Of a DNA stretch of 64,000 bases, positions 26,205 through 36,039 are shown piece after piece. Source of the stretch: an uncultured Thermoleophilia bacterium (GTDB lineage: Bacteria; Actinomycetota; Thermoleophilia; UBA2241); assembly GCA_964533575.1 (NCBI GenBank), contig CAZHMG010000005.1, positions 1,336 to 65,335 of the forward strand. Reading direction: 5' to 3'. A model generated the notes under the pieces. It saw nothing but the letters and a program-made list of their open reading frames with translations, was not told where the DNA came from and did not search any database. The stretch's first letter is position 1. Each line of letters begins with the position of its first letter. The translations under genes and the position numbers were made by a program.

Positions 26205-27761
26205 ATGGAGGACGTGCCCCTTTTGTTCCCGGTTGATGTTGCCGATGTTGCCAACATGACGGATGAGGCAGTCAGGGGTCGTGATATGCGCGGTGAGCGG
26301 ACGACGCGTGCGTCTGCGCGCCGCGCTCAAACGCCCGCCAAGTTGCGCGTGGTGGTGACGGCGGGCGCCGACGCAATCGGCATTCTGATCGCCTCTCTGC
26401 TGGCCGTCTTCGTCGCAGACGCGCTTTCGGGGGTGAGCGTCGTCGGCCGCCTCGTCACCCCGTTCGCAGGCGACGTCCCCGGGGACCTGATCACCTTCGT
26501 CCTCCTCATCCCGTTCTGGCTGGCCACGCTCTGGGCGTTCGGGCTTTACCGGGAGCCGGGCCGCAGCATCGGCGGGGCCAGTCTTTCCGAAACCCTCAAC
26601 GGCCCCACCGCGCTCACGGTGGCCGCTTGGCTTCTGCTCATCGTCTTCGTCCTGGCCGAGGGCGCTCAGGCTCCCATTGGAGAGCTCATCGTGTTCTGGC
26701 TGATCGCCGTGGTGCTCGTTCCGGCGATGCGCGTCCTCAGCCGGCGGACCATCTGGTCGAACGCGGCATTGAAGGAGCGCGTCCTCATCATCGGCGCGGG
26801 GGACGTCGGTCACACGCTGGCCGCCAAGATCAGCAAGCATCCGGAGTACCGCATGACGCTGGTGGGCTTCCTCGATGATGGCGAGCCGAGGAACAATGTC
26901 GTCGGCGGACCGGTCCTGCCGATGATCGGCGTCTTCGACGATTTGTCCCGTGTCGTGATCGAGCAGCGGATCGACAGGGTGATCGTGGCCTTCTCTCAGG
27001 CACGTCACGACGACTTCCTGCGCATTGTGCGCACGTGCGCGGATTCGGCGGTGCGGGTCAACATCGTCCCGCGCCTCTTCGAGGTGGTGAGCTCCCGCGC
27101 GCTCGTCGATGACGTCGAGGGCATTCCGCTGCTTGACGTCGGTCACGTGGAGCTCAGCCGCTTCAACAGGCTGGTGAAACGGGCCTTTGATCTTGTCGTC
27201 GGCGGCATCTGCTTCCTGTGCTTCCTTCCCGTGCTCGCCGTCATGGCGGTGGTCATCAAGATGGACTCCAAGGGTCCCGTCTTCTTTCTTCAAGAGCGCA
27301 TGGGGCGAGGCGGCAAGTCCTTCATGATGTACAAGTTCAGGTCGATGCATGTCGGCGCCGACAGGTTGCGCGCCGAGCTCGCCGAACAGAACGAGTACTC
27401 AGGGCCCATGTTCAAGATCAAAGAGGATCCTCGGGTGACACGGGTTGGACGATTCATCCGGCGGTGGAGCGTTGACGAGCTGCCGCAGATCATCAACGTC
27501 ATGCTGGGCGATATGAGCCTCGTGGGACCGCGCCCGTTGTGGGTGGATGAAGCCCGGCAGGTGCGTGGCTGGACGCAGAAGCGCCTCGACATCACACCAG
27601 GCATCACCGGGTTGTGGCAGGTTCTGGGCCGCAGTGACATCCCATTCGACGAGATGGTGAAGCTCGATTACATGTACGTGACCGGATGGAGCCTCAGCTG
27701 GGACATCAAGCTTCTGGTCCAGACGGTGCCGGCGGTTCTCGGCAAGCGCGGAGCGTATTGA
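26205..27761 (+). CDS. polyprenyl-phosphate hexose-1-phosphate transferase (WbaP/WcaJ-type priming glycosyltransferase)
   Basis: N-terminal TM helices and a Rossmann-like IIGAGDVGHTLA region are followed by the C-terminal sugar-transferase domain (FDLVVGGICFL...KFRSM...DELPQIINVMLGDMSLVGPRPL). Confidence 0.8.
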   Translation: MEDVPLLFPVDVADVANMTDEAVRGRDMRGERTTRASARRAQTPAKLRVVVTAGADAIGILIASLLAVFVADALSGVSVVGRLVTPFAGDVPGDLITFVLLIPFWLATLWAFGLYREPGRSIGGASLSETLNGPTALTVAAWLLLIVFVLAEGAQAPIGELIVFWLIAVVLVPAMRVLSRRTIWSNAALKERVLIIGAGDVGHTLAAKISKHPEYRMTLVGFLDDGEPRNNVVGGPVLPMIGVFDDLSRVVIEQRIDRVIVAFSQARHDDFLRIVRTCADSAVRVNIVPRLFEVVSSRALVDDVEGIPLLDVGHVELSRFNRLVKRAFDLVVGGICFLCFLPVLAVMAVVIKMDSKGPVFFLQERMGRGGKSFMMYKFRSMHVGADRLRAELAEQNEYSGPMFKIKEDPRVTRVGRFIRRWSVDELPQIINVMLGDMSLVGPRPLWVDEARQVRGWTQKRLDITPGITGLWQVLGRSDIPFDEMVKLDYMYVTGWSLSWDIKLLVQTVPAVLGKRGAY

Positions 27762-27959
27762 CGTCCCAGGAGCCTTTGTGGCGAGTTGCTGTGAGACGGC
27801 ACCTCAGATGATCAATCCTCCAGCCGCGATGTACCGACGAGTCTCGCCCTTCGAGACGACTGATGCGGCAGTCGCAATGGGTTTCATGCCAGGGAACAAG
27901 TGCACCCTGTTGGCATGACATGTCTGCCTGACTGCTGCGCACTCAGCTCCTGAGAGAGC

Positions 27960-28904
27960 ATGAGCGCTTGGTACCGTGCCCACAGAGTGACGGATGTGGC
28001 CGAGTGGACCGCGCTGTTCTCGACCGTTGAGCATCCCCGCATCACGCAGTCCTGGGCCTACGGGGAGGCCAAGCAGGCTGCGGCCGACTGGCACACGCGG
28101 CGAGTAGTCTTCGACGCGGGAGGCTGGCGCGCCCGGCGGCTCGTCATCAGCCGCCGCGGCGAACCGGTGGCGATCTGTCAGATACTGGACAAGTGCGTGG
28201 CCGGCGTCACCGTTGGGTCGCGGCTCAATCGCGGACCGCTGCTGCTCGGCCCCGACCCCGGCGAAGACACGACCAGGGACATCTATCGCCTGCTCAAAGG
28301 CAATGCGGTGCGCTCCTGCCGCCCGCTCGTCCTGGCACCGGCCTTGCCGGACACTCCCGAGGCCCATCGTCTGCTCAGCGAGCTCGGGTATCGGCCACGA
28401 CAGGCGCCCGGCTGGGTCTCCGACCGCGTGGACCTGCGCCCGGACGAAGAGCAGCTTCACAAGAACCTCCACAGGAACTGGTGCTGGGCCTTGCGCCGTG
28501 CCCAGAGAGAGGGCGTCGAGTTCCGGGTCTGCGACTCGACCGAGGATCTCGAGTGGCTTCTGGAACGGCACGTGGAGCACATGAAGGAGAAGCAGTTCGT
28601 CGGCATGCAGCCCGCCAGCGACGACTTCCTGGTCGCTCAGGTGCTGCTCGACGGCGAGCGATTGGGCGGTTCCATCACATGCCGCTTCGGCTGCATGGCG
28701 GAGGGCCTAGTCTTCTGGGTCGGACAGAATGGGCGACACATCAGCGCCGGCAACTACCTTGACTGGCGGGTCGCCGTGGAGCTGAAGCGCCGCGGGAGTC
28801 AGTGGTTCGACCTCGGAGGCAAGCGCGCCGGCGCCACGGAGCAGTTCAAAGCGGGCATGGGCGGCGTCGAGTATCGGCTGCTCAATGAGTGGGTGGCGTT
28901 CTGA
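27960..28904 (+). CDS. FemAB/FemX-like aminoacyltransferase-fold protein (GNAT Acetyltransf_6-like), paralog A
   Basis: N-terminal ITQSWAYGEAKQ...WH.RRVVFDAGG and the C-terminal WFDLGGKRAGATEQFKAGMGG resemble the FemX/FemAB lipid II aminoacyltransferase family. It lies 190 nt downstream of the priming GT. Confidence 0.5.
   Translation: MSAWYRAHRVTDVAEWTALFSTVEHPRITQSWAYGEAKQAAADWHTRRVVFDAGGWRARRLVISRRGEPVAICQILDKCVAGVTVGSRLNRGPLLLGPDPGEDTTRDIYRLLKGNAVRSCRPLVLAPALPDTPEAHRLLSELGYRPRQAPGWVSDRVDLRPDEEQLHKNLHRNWCWALRRAQREGVEFRVCDSTEDLEWLLERHVEHMKEKQFVGMQPASDDFLVAQVLLDGERLGGSITCRFGCMAEGLVFWVGQNGRHISAGNYLDWRVAVELKRRGSQWFDLGGKRAGATEQFKAGMGGVEYRLLNEWVAF
27987..28615. repeat. direct repeat copy A: 629-bp block about 99.8% identical to 29145..29774
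   Basis: By eye the nucleotide alignment is identical except for one substitution (ccccgcatc vs ccccacatc). The block spans the 5' two-thirds of FemAB-like paralog A. Confidence 0.9.
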
Positions 28905-29093
28905 ACCTGAGTTGCTCAGTGCTCAGGACTGCTCAGCGGTCACCGATCTTCAGACGGATCAGCGCCCAACCTGACACGGGCTGAGAGTATTCAGGCCAAG
29001 GCGATAGCTGCCGACACCGTGAGCGGGCATGACCGATGGCGGAGCGACTCTGCCGGCGGCTTCAATGGTGGTGTGATCACAGGGGAGCGATCA

Positions 29094-30095
29094 ATGACGA
29101 CTGCAGGCAGCGCGGATCTGAAGACCGACTACAGCGTCGATCTGGTGACGGATGCGGCCGAGTGGACCGCGCTGTTCTCGACCGTTGAGCATCCCCACAT
29201 CACGCAGTCCTGGGCCTACGGGGAGGCCAAGCAGGCTGCGGCCGACTGGCACACGCGGCGAGTAGTCTTCGACGCGGGAGGCTGGCGCGCCCGGCGGCTC
29301 GTCATCAGCCGCCGCGGCGAACCGGTGGCGATCTGTCAGATACTGGACAAGTGCGTGGCCGGCGTCACCGTTGGGTCGCGGCTCAATCGCGGACCGCTGC
29401 TGCTCGGCCCCGACCCCGGCGAAGACACGACCAGGGACATCTATCGCCTGCTCAAAGGCAATGCGGTGCGCTCCTGCCGCCCGCTCGTCCTGGCACCGGC
29501 CTTGCCGGACACTCCCGAGGCCCATCGTCTGCTCAGCGAGCTCGGGTATCGGCCACGACAGGCGCCCGGCTGGGTCTCCGACCGCGTGGACCTGCGCCCG
29601 GACGAAGAGCAGCTTCACAAGAACCTCCACAGGAACTGGTGCTGGGCCTTGCGCCGTGCCCAGAGAGAGGGCGTCGAGTTCCGGGTCTGCGACTCGACCG
29701 AGGATCTCGAGTGGCTTCTGGAACGGCACGTGGAGCACATGAAGGAGAAGCAGTTCGTCGGCATGCAGCCCGCCTTCCTCAGAGCCCTGCGCGACGCCGT
29801 GCCCGCCGGCGACGACTTCCTGGTCTCCCAGGTGCGGCTTGCGGATGAGCCGATCGGAGGCTTGATCACCTATCGTTTCGGCAGTGTCGCCGAGGGCCTC
29901 ATCCTCTGCGTGGGACCGGAGGCCCGGCGCGTGAATGCCTGCCGATTTCTCGACTGGCACACCGCTCTCGAGCTGAAGCGCCGCGGGTGTGAGTGGTTCG
30001 ACCTGGGAGGCAAACGCGCCGGCGCCACGGAGCAGTTCAAGGGAGGCATGGGCGGCGTCGAGTATGGGCTGCTCACTGAGTGGACGGTGCTCTGA
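29094..30095 (+). CDS. FemAB/FemX-like aminoacyltransferase-fold protein, paralog B
   Basis: Residues are identical to paralog A from AEWTALFS to GMQPA. It then diverges by a 33-nt insertion and about 80% identity to the end (WFDLGGKRAGATEQFKGGMGG). There is an RBS-like aggggag upstream of the ATG at 29094. Confidence 0.5.
   Translation: MTTAGSADLKTDYSVDLVTDAAEWTALFSTVEHPHITQSWAYGEAKQAAADWHTRRVVFDAGGWRARRLVISRRGEPVAICQILDKCVAGVTVGSRLNRGPLLLGPDPGEDTTRDIYRLLKGNAVRSCRPLVLAPALPDTPEAHRLLSELGYRPRQAPGWVSDRVDLRPDEEQLHKNLHRNWCWALRRAQREGVEFRVCDSTEDLEWLLERHVEHMKEKQFVGMQPAFLRALRDAVPAGDDFLVSQVRLADEPIGGLITYRFGSVAEGLILCVGPEARRVNACRFLDWHTALELKRRGCEWFDLGGKRAGATEQFKGGMGGVEYGLLTEWTVL
29145..29774. repeat. direct repeat copy B (partner of 27987..28615)
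   Basis: See copy A. The spacing is about 1158 bp. Confidence 0.9.
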
Positions 30096-30137
30096 GGTTC
30101 GGACGAGTTGGTTGAGCACCCATACTCCCCCGCGCGA

Positions 30138-31421
30138 TCATGAGAGGCGCGCGATCCCGCTGCCAGCCTGAGGTAAGGGAGCGACTGATGCCAAGCCGGT
30201 GGCCTCGGCACAGAAGCTGAGTTCGGCTCGCGACCCGCGCATGATCATCATCTTCGGCCTGCAGGCCCGCAACAAGGATTTCAGCCTCGAGGCGTTGTCA
30301 CGCGACCCGAGATGCTGATCGAGGTCACCCAGCGCGATCACGACCCTCGTGCATCCGTCGGCGGCGTCTGCAGGGCTAGCGGCGGCATCGGTCATGTCGG
30401 CAATGGCGAAGGCTCCTCCGTAGGCCCTTCTCATACGCTGGAGCATCTCAAGCTCACGTGCGTTGGCGGCAACAGCGACGCAATCGAACCCGCCGGCCTC
30501 CAGGGTCTTCGCCGCATAGCCCCATGCGGGGGTGATATCAACGATCGTCGCGGGCGGGATGGGCAGCATTCTGCGCACGTGCTCCACCGCCTGCACGCGA
30601 TCATGTCGGTGCGGTATTCCCCACAGGTCCGGGTGGAGGAGGGGCTCGGGAGCCTGGCCGCCGAGGGCGATGCAGGCGCGTGCGACCTCGATGCGCAGGC
30701 CGCTCCATTCCGCGTGGCGAGCTGCTATCCAGACCGGGATCTCGGGAACGCCGACCGCCTTTGCGATGGCCAGCCTGTGCCCTCCTTGGCATACCTGCAG
30801 CTCTCCATCGCGAGCGATGACGACGCTGATTTCGTCGAACTGCAGCGGCTTGTACCCGGCTGGCCGCAGCGCTGCGAGCTCGTCCTGGGAGAGATAGCCG
30901 TCGCGGCGCATGGACTCGTAGATGCGCTCATACCTGAGCAGGACGTCGCGGGCCTCAAGCAAGCGCTCCTGACGCCGCCAGGCGCGCCTCTCTGTGAGAG
31001 CACGACCGGCGAATCGCGCGTGGATTTCCGTACCCTCCCATGGTCGCGTTCCTTCGAGGGCCTCTCGCATCTGCACGTAGTACGTGCGTTCCTCGATCAC
31101 CCATGCGTGCAGGTCCCAGTCACCGGCAATCACTGCTCCCGGATGGAGCGTCGGGTAGTAATCTCCGGGGATCTCCGTGTGCCGGCGCAGCAGGGAAGTC
31201 GGAATTCTCACGACTCTGGCAACGTCGATGTAGGGATCCGTGCGTCGCAGCTGCGCAGCGCGAAGTCGTTTCCTGAATGCGCTCACGTGCAACTGCCGGC
31301 GGACGTCGTTTGCGTGGGTGTGAACGGCAGGGCATGCCGCGAGGGCGCAATCAAGCCGTCGCGCCAGAAGGTGGAGTGTCTCTCCGATTTCACGTGCACC
31401 GAGCATCGTCGTGAGCGGCAT
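30138..31421 (-). CDS. hypothetical multidomain protein with a ParB/sulfiredoxin-like segment and a C-terminal FkbM-like methyltransferase-fold segment
   Basis: FDEISVVIARDGELQVCQGGHRLAIAKAVGVPEIPVWI resembles the ParB N-terminal domain (LIAGERRWRAAKLAGL region). The C-terminal IVDITPAWGYAAKTLEAGGFDCVAVAANARELEML follows the FkbM pattern VIDVGAN.G.....G..V.AFEPNP. The start is at MPLTT with RBS ggtgaggaaagg. Confidence 0.35.
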   Translation of the reverse strand: MPLTTMLGAREIGETLHLLARRLDCALAACPAVHTHANDVRRQLHVSAFRKRLRAAQLRRTDPYIDVARVVRIPTSLLRRHTEIPGDYYPTLHPGAVIAGDWDLHAWVIEERTYYVQMREALEGTRPWEGTEIHARFAGRALTERRAWRRQERLLEARDVLLRYERIYESMRRDGYLSQDELAALRPAGYKPLQFDEISVVIARDGELQVCQGGHRLAIAKAVGVPEIPVWIAARHAEWSGLRIEVARACIALGGQAPEPLLHPDLWGIPHRHDRVQAVEHVRRMLPIPPATIVDITPAWGYAAKTLEAGGFDCVAVAANARELEMLQRMRRAYGGAFAIADMTDAAASPADAADGCTRVVIALGDLDQHLGSRDNASRLKSLLRACRPKMMIMRGSRAELSFCAEATGLASVAPLPQAGSGIARLS

Positions 31422-31599
31422 CGTGATCGTCCTTTCCTCACCTGAAACGCTTCCGCTGCCGAATATGGGACATGGGAGCAGCGTCACGATACTCCTATCG
31501 ACAACGATCCGGCGGTCCGCCCATCATGACCATAGGTAAGATGTGACGTTCATTCATTTGGGCATACCGGGGTATCGGCCGACTTGAGACGGAGTGTGA

Positions 31600-33012
31600 A
31601 TGCAGTACCTTGATCGACTTCGCGGCTACTATGTGCGCGCCCCTCGTTGGGTTCATACCACGGGAGGCTTTGCCTTAGCTGCGCTGCCACCACATCTCAT
31701 TTACGGCAGGACGTTCCGAGAGGTCCAAGCTGAGGTGGGTCGCAGCGAATGGGACGCAGGCTTTGTCGAAGGTCGTGTGCAAGCGTCTCTCGCGACAGTG
31801 TGGGACCACGCGAAGCGGACCGCCTATTATCAAGAGCTGGCCGGCTCTCTTGGCGGTGAGGAGCTGACACCGGACAATCTCTCTCGGCTCCCGATCCTCG
31901 ATAAGGAGAGCGTGCGCCGGCGGGTACAGGACATGCTGGCCAAACCTCTCGCCGACATGGACGAGGTATCGACGGGAGGCACATCGTCCATGATGCCGTT
32001 GACGTTCTACCTCGACAAGGACAGGAGCGTGAGGGAATGGGCCTTCCTCACGCATCTGTGGCAGAGATTCGGCTACGAAGTGGGCGACCGGCTCGCCGTC
32101 CTGGGCTATCGGGGTGTGACGCACGTCTCAAGGCCCTCGTCCACGCCCTGGACCTGGGAGCCGGGTACCCGCGAGTTGCGACTATCGCCCCTGCGCATGG
32201 TGCCGCCGGTGATGGACGAGTATCTCGTCCAGATCCGCCGCTTCAAGATCAACTTCATCTATGGGTACCCCTCTGCGATCGCCATCCTGGCCGCTCACGC
32301 CGCCAGCAGCGGCTGGTCCAGGCCGGCCTCATTCAAGGGGGTGCTCCTCATGTCGGAGTCGGTGCGGCCCCTGCAGCGGGAGATCATCCGCGACGGGTTC
32401 GGCGGCGTGCCTGTCATGGCAGGCTACGGTCTCAGCGAGAAGGTTGCGATCGGCGGGGAGATTCCCGGTCAGCCTGACGTGTACGAGTTCGAGCCGCTCT
32501 ATGGCGCTGCCGAACTCGTCGATGCTGCCGGGAACCCCATCACTGAGCCCGGCCAGAAGGGCAGACTCGTCGGCACCGGATTTGTCTCACTCGGTATGCC
32601 GATGATTCGCTACGACACAGGAGATCTCGCGATCTCCGTCCGGAGTCCGGGGGCGGAGAACTGCTGGCGCCTTCGCGTGCGCAACATCACCTCACGTCAC
32701 TGCCAGGACTACCTTGTGACCCGGGAGAAAGGCCTGATCTCACACACCGTCCTCTATCCGCACAACAGGATCATCAGGGAGTGCCAGTTCGTGCAGGACC
32801 AGCCTGGAGCCGCGCTGCTGCGTGTGGTCCTCTTGCCCGGGACCAGTCCAGCCGATCTGGTGGCTTTCAGTCAGAAGATCAAAGAGCGGGCGGACGGCCT
32901 GATCTCAGTGCACCTGGAGCCGGTCGATGAGATCCGTCTCACTCGGCGGGGCAAGAGAGTCCTCGTCGAGCAGCACCTGGATTTACGGCAGTACGGGCTG
33001 GCCGATGAGTAG
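31600..33012 (+). CDS. CapK-like adenylate-forming enzyme (phenylacetate-CoA ligase family)
   Basis: The AMP-binding core STGGTSSMMPLTFY and the overall PaaK/CapK-like layout are present. It sits within the polysaccharide locus. Confidence 0.7.
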   Translation: MQYLDRLRGYYVRAPRWVHTTGGFALAALPPHLIYGRTFREVQAEVGRSEWDAGFVEGRVQASLATVWDHAKRTAYYQELAGSLGGEELTPDNLSRLPILDKESVRRRVQDMLAKPLADMDEVSTGGTSSMMPLTFYLDKDRSVREWAFLTHLWQRFGYEVGDRLAVLGYRGVTHVSRPSSTPWTWEPGTRELRLSPLRMVPPVMDEYLVQIRRFKINFIYGYPSAIAILAAHAASSGWSRPASFKGVLLMSESVRPLQREIIRDGFGGVPVMAGYGLSEKVAIGGEIPGQPDVYEFEPLYGAAELVDAAGNPITEPGQKGRLVGTGFVSLGMPMIRYDTGDLAISVRSPGAENCWRLRVRNITSRHCQDYLVTREKGLISHTVLYPHNRIIRECQFVQDQPGAALLRVVLLPGTSPADLVAFSQKIKERADGLISVHLEPVDEIRLTRRGKRVLVEQHLDLRQYGLADE

Positions 33013-33112
33013 GTCGCGCGTTGTGCGCATGCTGCCGATGAAGCTCCGCCGCATGCTGTCAGGCGCTGACGGCTTCGGCGGGAGACCTCCGGCGCGGCGC
33101 GAGACGATTGTG

Positions 33113-34201
33113 ATGGCCATCCTCCATCCTGCCGCTCAAGGTCCCTTGCCCAAGATAGCTCCTCTGCTCGTCGCGGCGCTCGAGCGGGCGGGATGGGAGG
33201 TGCGAACGACGTTCTGGGGCGGGAGACGCGCCAACGAGACGCTCCCGGAGAAGCTTCTCATCCGGTCGGGCGAGCTGGTGATCGCCATCGGCCGGCTCAT
33301 TGCCCACAGGGACGCCGTGCTGTTCGTGAATACATCGCACAGCCGGAAGGGTTTGGCCAGGGACATACCGCTTCTCTGCGCAGCCAAGTGCGTTGGTCGT
33401 GGGACGATTGTGCTCTGGCACGGCAGCGAGCCGCACAGGGTTGCGGAGCAACCATACTCGGCCCTGGGGCTCGCATCGGCGCTTCTGGCGCGCTGCGCCG
33501 ATGCGGTGCTCGTGCTCTCCCAGAGAGAGATCGAGCTCTTGAGCTCGGCGCTGCCGCATGGGCACTTCTTCCGTGTCGTCAATCCCTACCTCGAGAAGAC
33601 GTCGTGGCCGGAGCGCTCCCACCAGGGGTCACCGACGATTCTCTTCGTCGGGCGGGTGATCAGGGCCAAGGGCGTGTTCGAACTCCTGGAGGCATTCGCG
33701 TCGCTGAGTGCGACGCGAGACTGCCGGATGGTCATCGCGGGAGACGGTCCAGATCTGCCGGTCGTCCGGTCGTGGCTGAAGGAGCGTGGCCTCACCGCCC
33801 GCGTCGACATGCCCGGCTACCTGGATGAAGCGGGTCTCATGCAGCGCTACGTCGATGCGGACATCTTCGTTCTCCCGTCGTATTCGGAGGGATTCCCGAC
33901 GGTGATCAGCGAGGCCATGGATGCGGGTCTTGCGATCGTGACGACACCATGCGGCGGGATGCCTGATCACCTGGGGGAGGGCGTGAACTGTCTGTTCGTG
34001 AAGGCCGGTGAGGCCAGAGGTCTGGAATCGGCCATCACGATGCTTCTCGAACAGCCGGAGCTGCGTGCTGCCATGGGCGCCGCCAACCGTCGCCGGGTGA
34101 GGGAGTTCGCGCCAGAGGCGGTGATCGGCGGCTACGCGCAGGCCTTGGACTTCGTCGCGGCAACTTCACGTCCACGACGCCCCGTCAAGCGTGCTCCCTA
34201 G
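33113..34201 (+). CDS. glycosyltransferase family 4 (GT-B)
   Basis: The C-terminal GT4 motif FVLPSYSEGFPTVISEAMDAGLAIVTTPCGG is present. The start was chosen at MAILHP; alternatives are ATG 33005 and 33029, both overlapping the CapK stop. Confidence 0.75.
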   Translation: MAILHPAAQGPLPKIAPLLVAALERAGWEVRTTFWGGRRANETLPEKLLIRSGELVIAIGRLIAHRDAVLFVNTSHSRKGLARDIPLLCAAKCVGRGTIVLWHGSEPHRVAEQPYSALGLASALLARCADAVLVLSQREIELLSSALPHGHFFRVVNPYLEKTSWPERSHQGSPTILFVGRVIRAKGVFELLEAFASLSATRDCRMVIAGDGPDLPVVRSWLKERGLTARVDMPGYLDEAGLMQRYVDADIFVLPSYSEGFPTVISEAMDAGLAIVTTPCGGMPDHLGEGVNCLFVKAGEARGLESAITMLLEQPELRAAMGAANRRRVREFAPEAVIGGYAQALDFVAATSRPRRPVKRAP

Positions 34202-35504
34202 ACGGAGGCGACGCATCGCCGCTGCACCGCGACGATAGAGGTGCCCGGTGTCCGCGCAATGGAGACGAGACCAGAAGGCACGCGCGTGTCATCCAACGGC
34301 GCGACAGACGGAGCGTTCCAGCGGCGCTTGGTCCAGGGTCGGACCAGCGGAAGTACGGGAAGGTCTGCCTGTGGAGGAGGCTCACGAGCCAGCCACACAG
34401 CGTGAGACGCCCCTTGGCGCGCAATTGCCGGAAGGCGCGCAAGTCGCTCTCCGGGTACCAGAGGTGGAGCCCGCTTCGGTAGGTGCGTCCGCAAAACGGC
34501 TGTTGTGGTCCCTGGACGAGACGGTTATACACGAGAGGCGCGAAGTCATACCCGCTGCTGGCCACGAGCGGTGTCGCGGCCGTGAAGCGGGCGTTGATTT
34601 CCATGACCTTCAACTTACCGTCTCTCGGGTCGCGCTTGAACTCGACGTTGCCGATCCCGCGCACGTCCATGTACGTGAGGAGCCGGAGTCCGAGTGCCGC
34701 GACCTCTGGATTCCAATCGGTCACGTGGTAGCAGGCGAGACCTTGGTTCTCTGGATAGCGCCGAATGACTCGCTTGGTGAAGTGGAACAGGGGTTCCCCG
34801 TGCTCGTCTCGGTACGTGTAATAGCTGCACAGGAGGTGGTCGGGCCCGGGGATCATCTCGACGATGATGACGTCCAGGTCGGTCTTCCGCACTTTCTCGA
34901 AGTCATGCAAGAGGTCCTCGAAATCCTCCGCCACAAGGAACTTCCTGCCGAACACGGCGCTGAATCGGTGTGTGTAGAGCGGCTTCAGGATGAGCGGGTA
35001 GGTGAACTCGTCTCTGGATGCGAGAAGTTCGTCAACGGTCTCGATGCGCCAAAAACGGGGAGCAGGGACTCCCGCCTCGGCTGCCTTCTGATACGTGCAT
35101 AGCTTGCTGAGCGCGCACGCTTGGGCTTTGACGTTGGAGATGTCGAGCCGGAATCTCTGAGAGAGCTCTTGCCTGGTGTTGAGGATGAGTTCGATGCCGA
35201 CATCGGAACAGGCAAGCAGGACAGCCCCACGCAAGGAGTCGGACCGCGGTCCGAGCAGGAAGTCTCGCCAGGCGACGGCCGCGGGGAGATTCTGCGGCAA
35301 CCGCACGAACGTGACGTACCGCGAGTACCTCTCGACGTAAGGGAAGCCAGGTTCACCGAGCAAGTAGACGCTCACTCGCATGCGACCAAGACTCCTGGCT
35401 ACGGACATTGCGCTGCCCATGTGCCCGCCAAGGAGGATCACGGGCGGAAGCGCAGATGATCCGTCTCGTCTCGAATTGCGTGCCTGCAGGCCGCTGCGCA
35501 CCAT
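34185..35504 (-). CDS. ATP-grasp domain ligase
   Basis: N-terminal PPVILLGGHMGSAMSVARSLGR, the central YPLILKPLYTH, and VMEINARFT (ATP-grasp C-terminal subdomain) are present. Confidence 0.65.
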   Translation of the reverse strand: MVRSGLQARNSRRDGSSALPPVILLGGHMGSAMSVARSLGRMRVSVYLLGEPGFPYVERYSRYVTFVRLPQNLPAAVAWRDFLLGPRSDSLRGAVLLACSDVGIELILNTRQELSQRFRLDISNVKAQACALSKLCTYQKAAEAGVPAPRFWRIETVDELLASRDEFTYPLILKPLYTHRFSAVFGRKFLVAEDFEDLLHDFEKVRKTDLDVIIVEMIPGPDHLLCSYYTYRDEHGEPLFHFTKRVIRRYPENQGLACYHVTDWNPEVAALGLRLLTYMDVRGIGNVEFKRDPRDGKLKVMEINARFTAATPLVASSGYDFAPLVYNRLVQGPQQPFCGRTYRSGLHLWYPESDLRAFRQLRAKGRLTLCGWLVSLLHRQTFPYFRWSDPGPSAAGTLRLSRRWMTRACLLVSSPLRGHRAPLSSRCSGDASPPSREHA

Positions 35505-36039
35505 CGTTCTCCTGTTCGTCAAGCCGCAGGAAGTATAGCCCAGCTTCACGGGGAGCTTTGCAGCAACACGGATTCCGTACTTCGCAACCCGCAGTGCTCT
35601 GCTTCCGCTGGCTCAAGCTGGCATCAGAACACGTCCTTCTGCTTGCCGTCTTGTTGCCCTCGCGGGCGACGCGCATTCGTCCTGGCCCAGCAAACCAAGC
35701 CGATGCTCTCAAGGAGCAGCGAGTGTGCTCCATGTGCGTTCAATGGAACCTGGAGAATCGCCGGGTGTGACGGCTTCACCGCGAACCTCGACCACGGCGG
35801 CGTGTGATCTCGCATGTCAACTCCGATGTCGTCCCGTCGGGGCTGCACGTGGATGGGCTGGAGACGTTGCTGCGATGCTGACGAACGCTCCCCGTCCTCC
35901 TGATCCAGTAAACTCACGTTTCCATGAATAGACTGCAGCCAAAGGGGGTGTGGGTGCACGAGGCCGTGAGCGACCTTCTCGTCGGCATTCCATATGAAGT
36001 GCCGCCGACCGAGCCGCTGCGTGGCGGCGGGACGTTGGC

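Noticed and set aside
28193-29848. Pairs of identical alternative-frame ORFs (28193..28762 / 29351..29848; 28213..28584 / 29371..29742)
   Set aside because: They are mirror images of the 629-bp duplicated block read in a non-coding frame. They are not independent genes.
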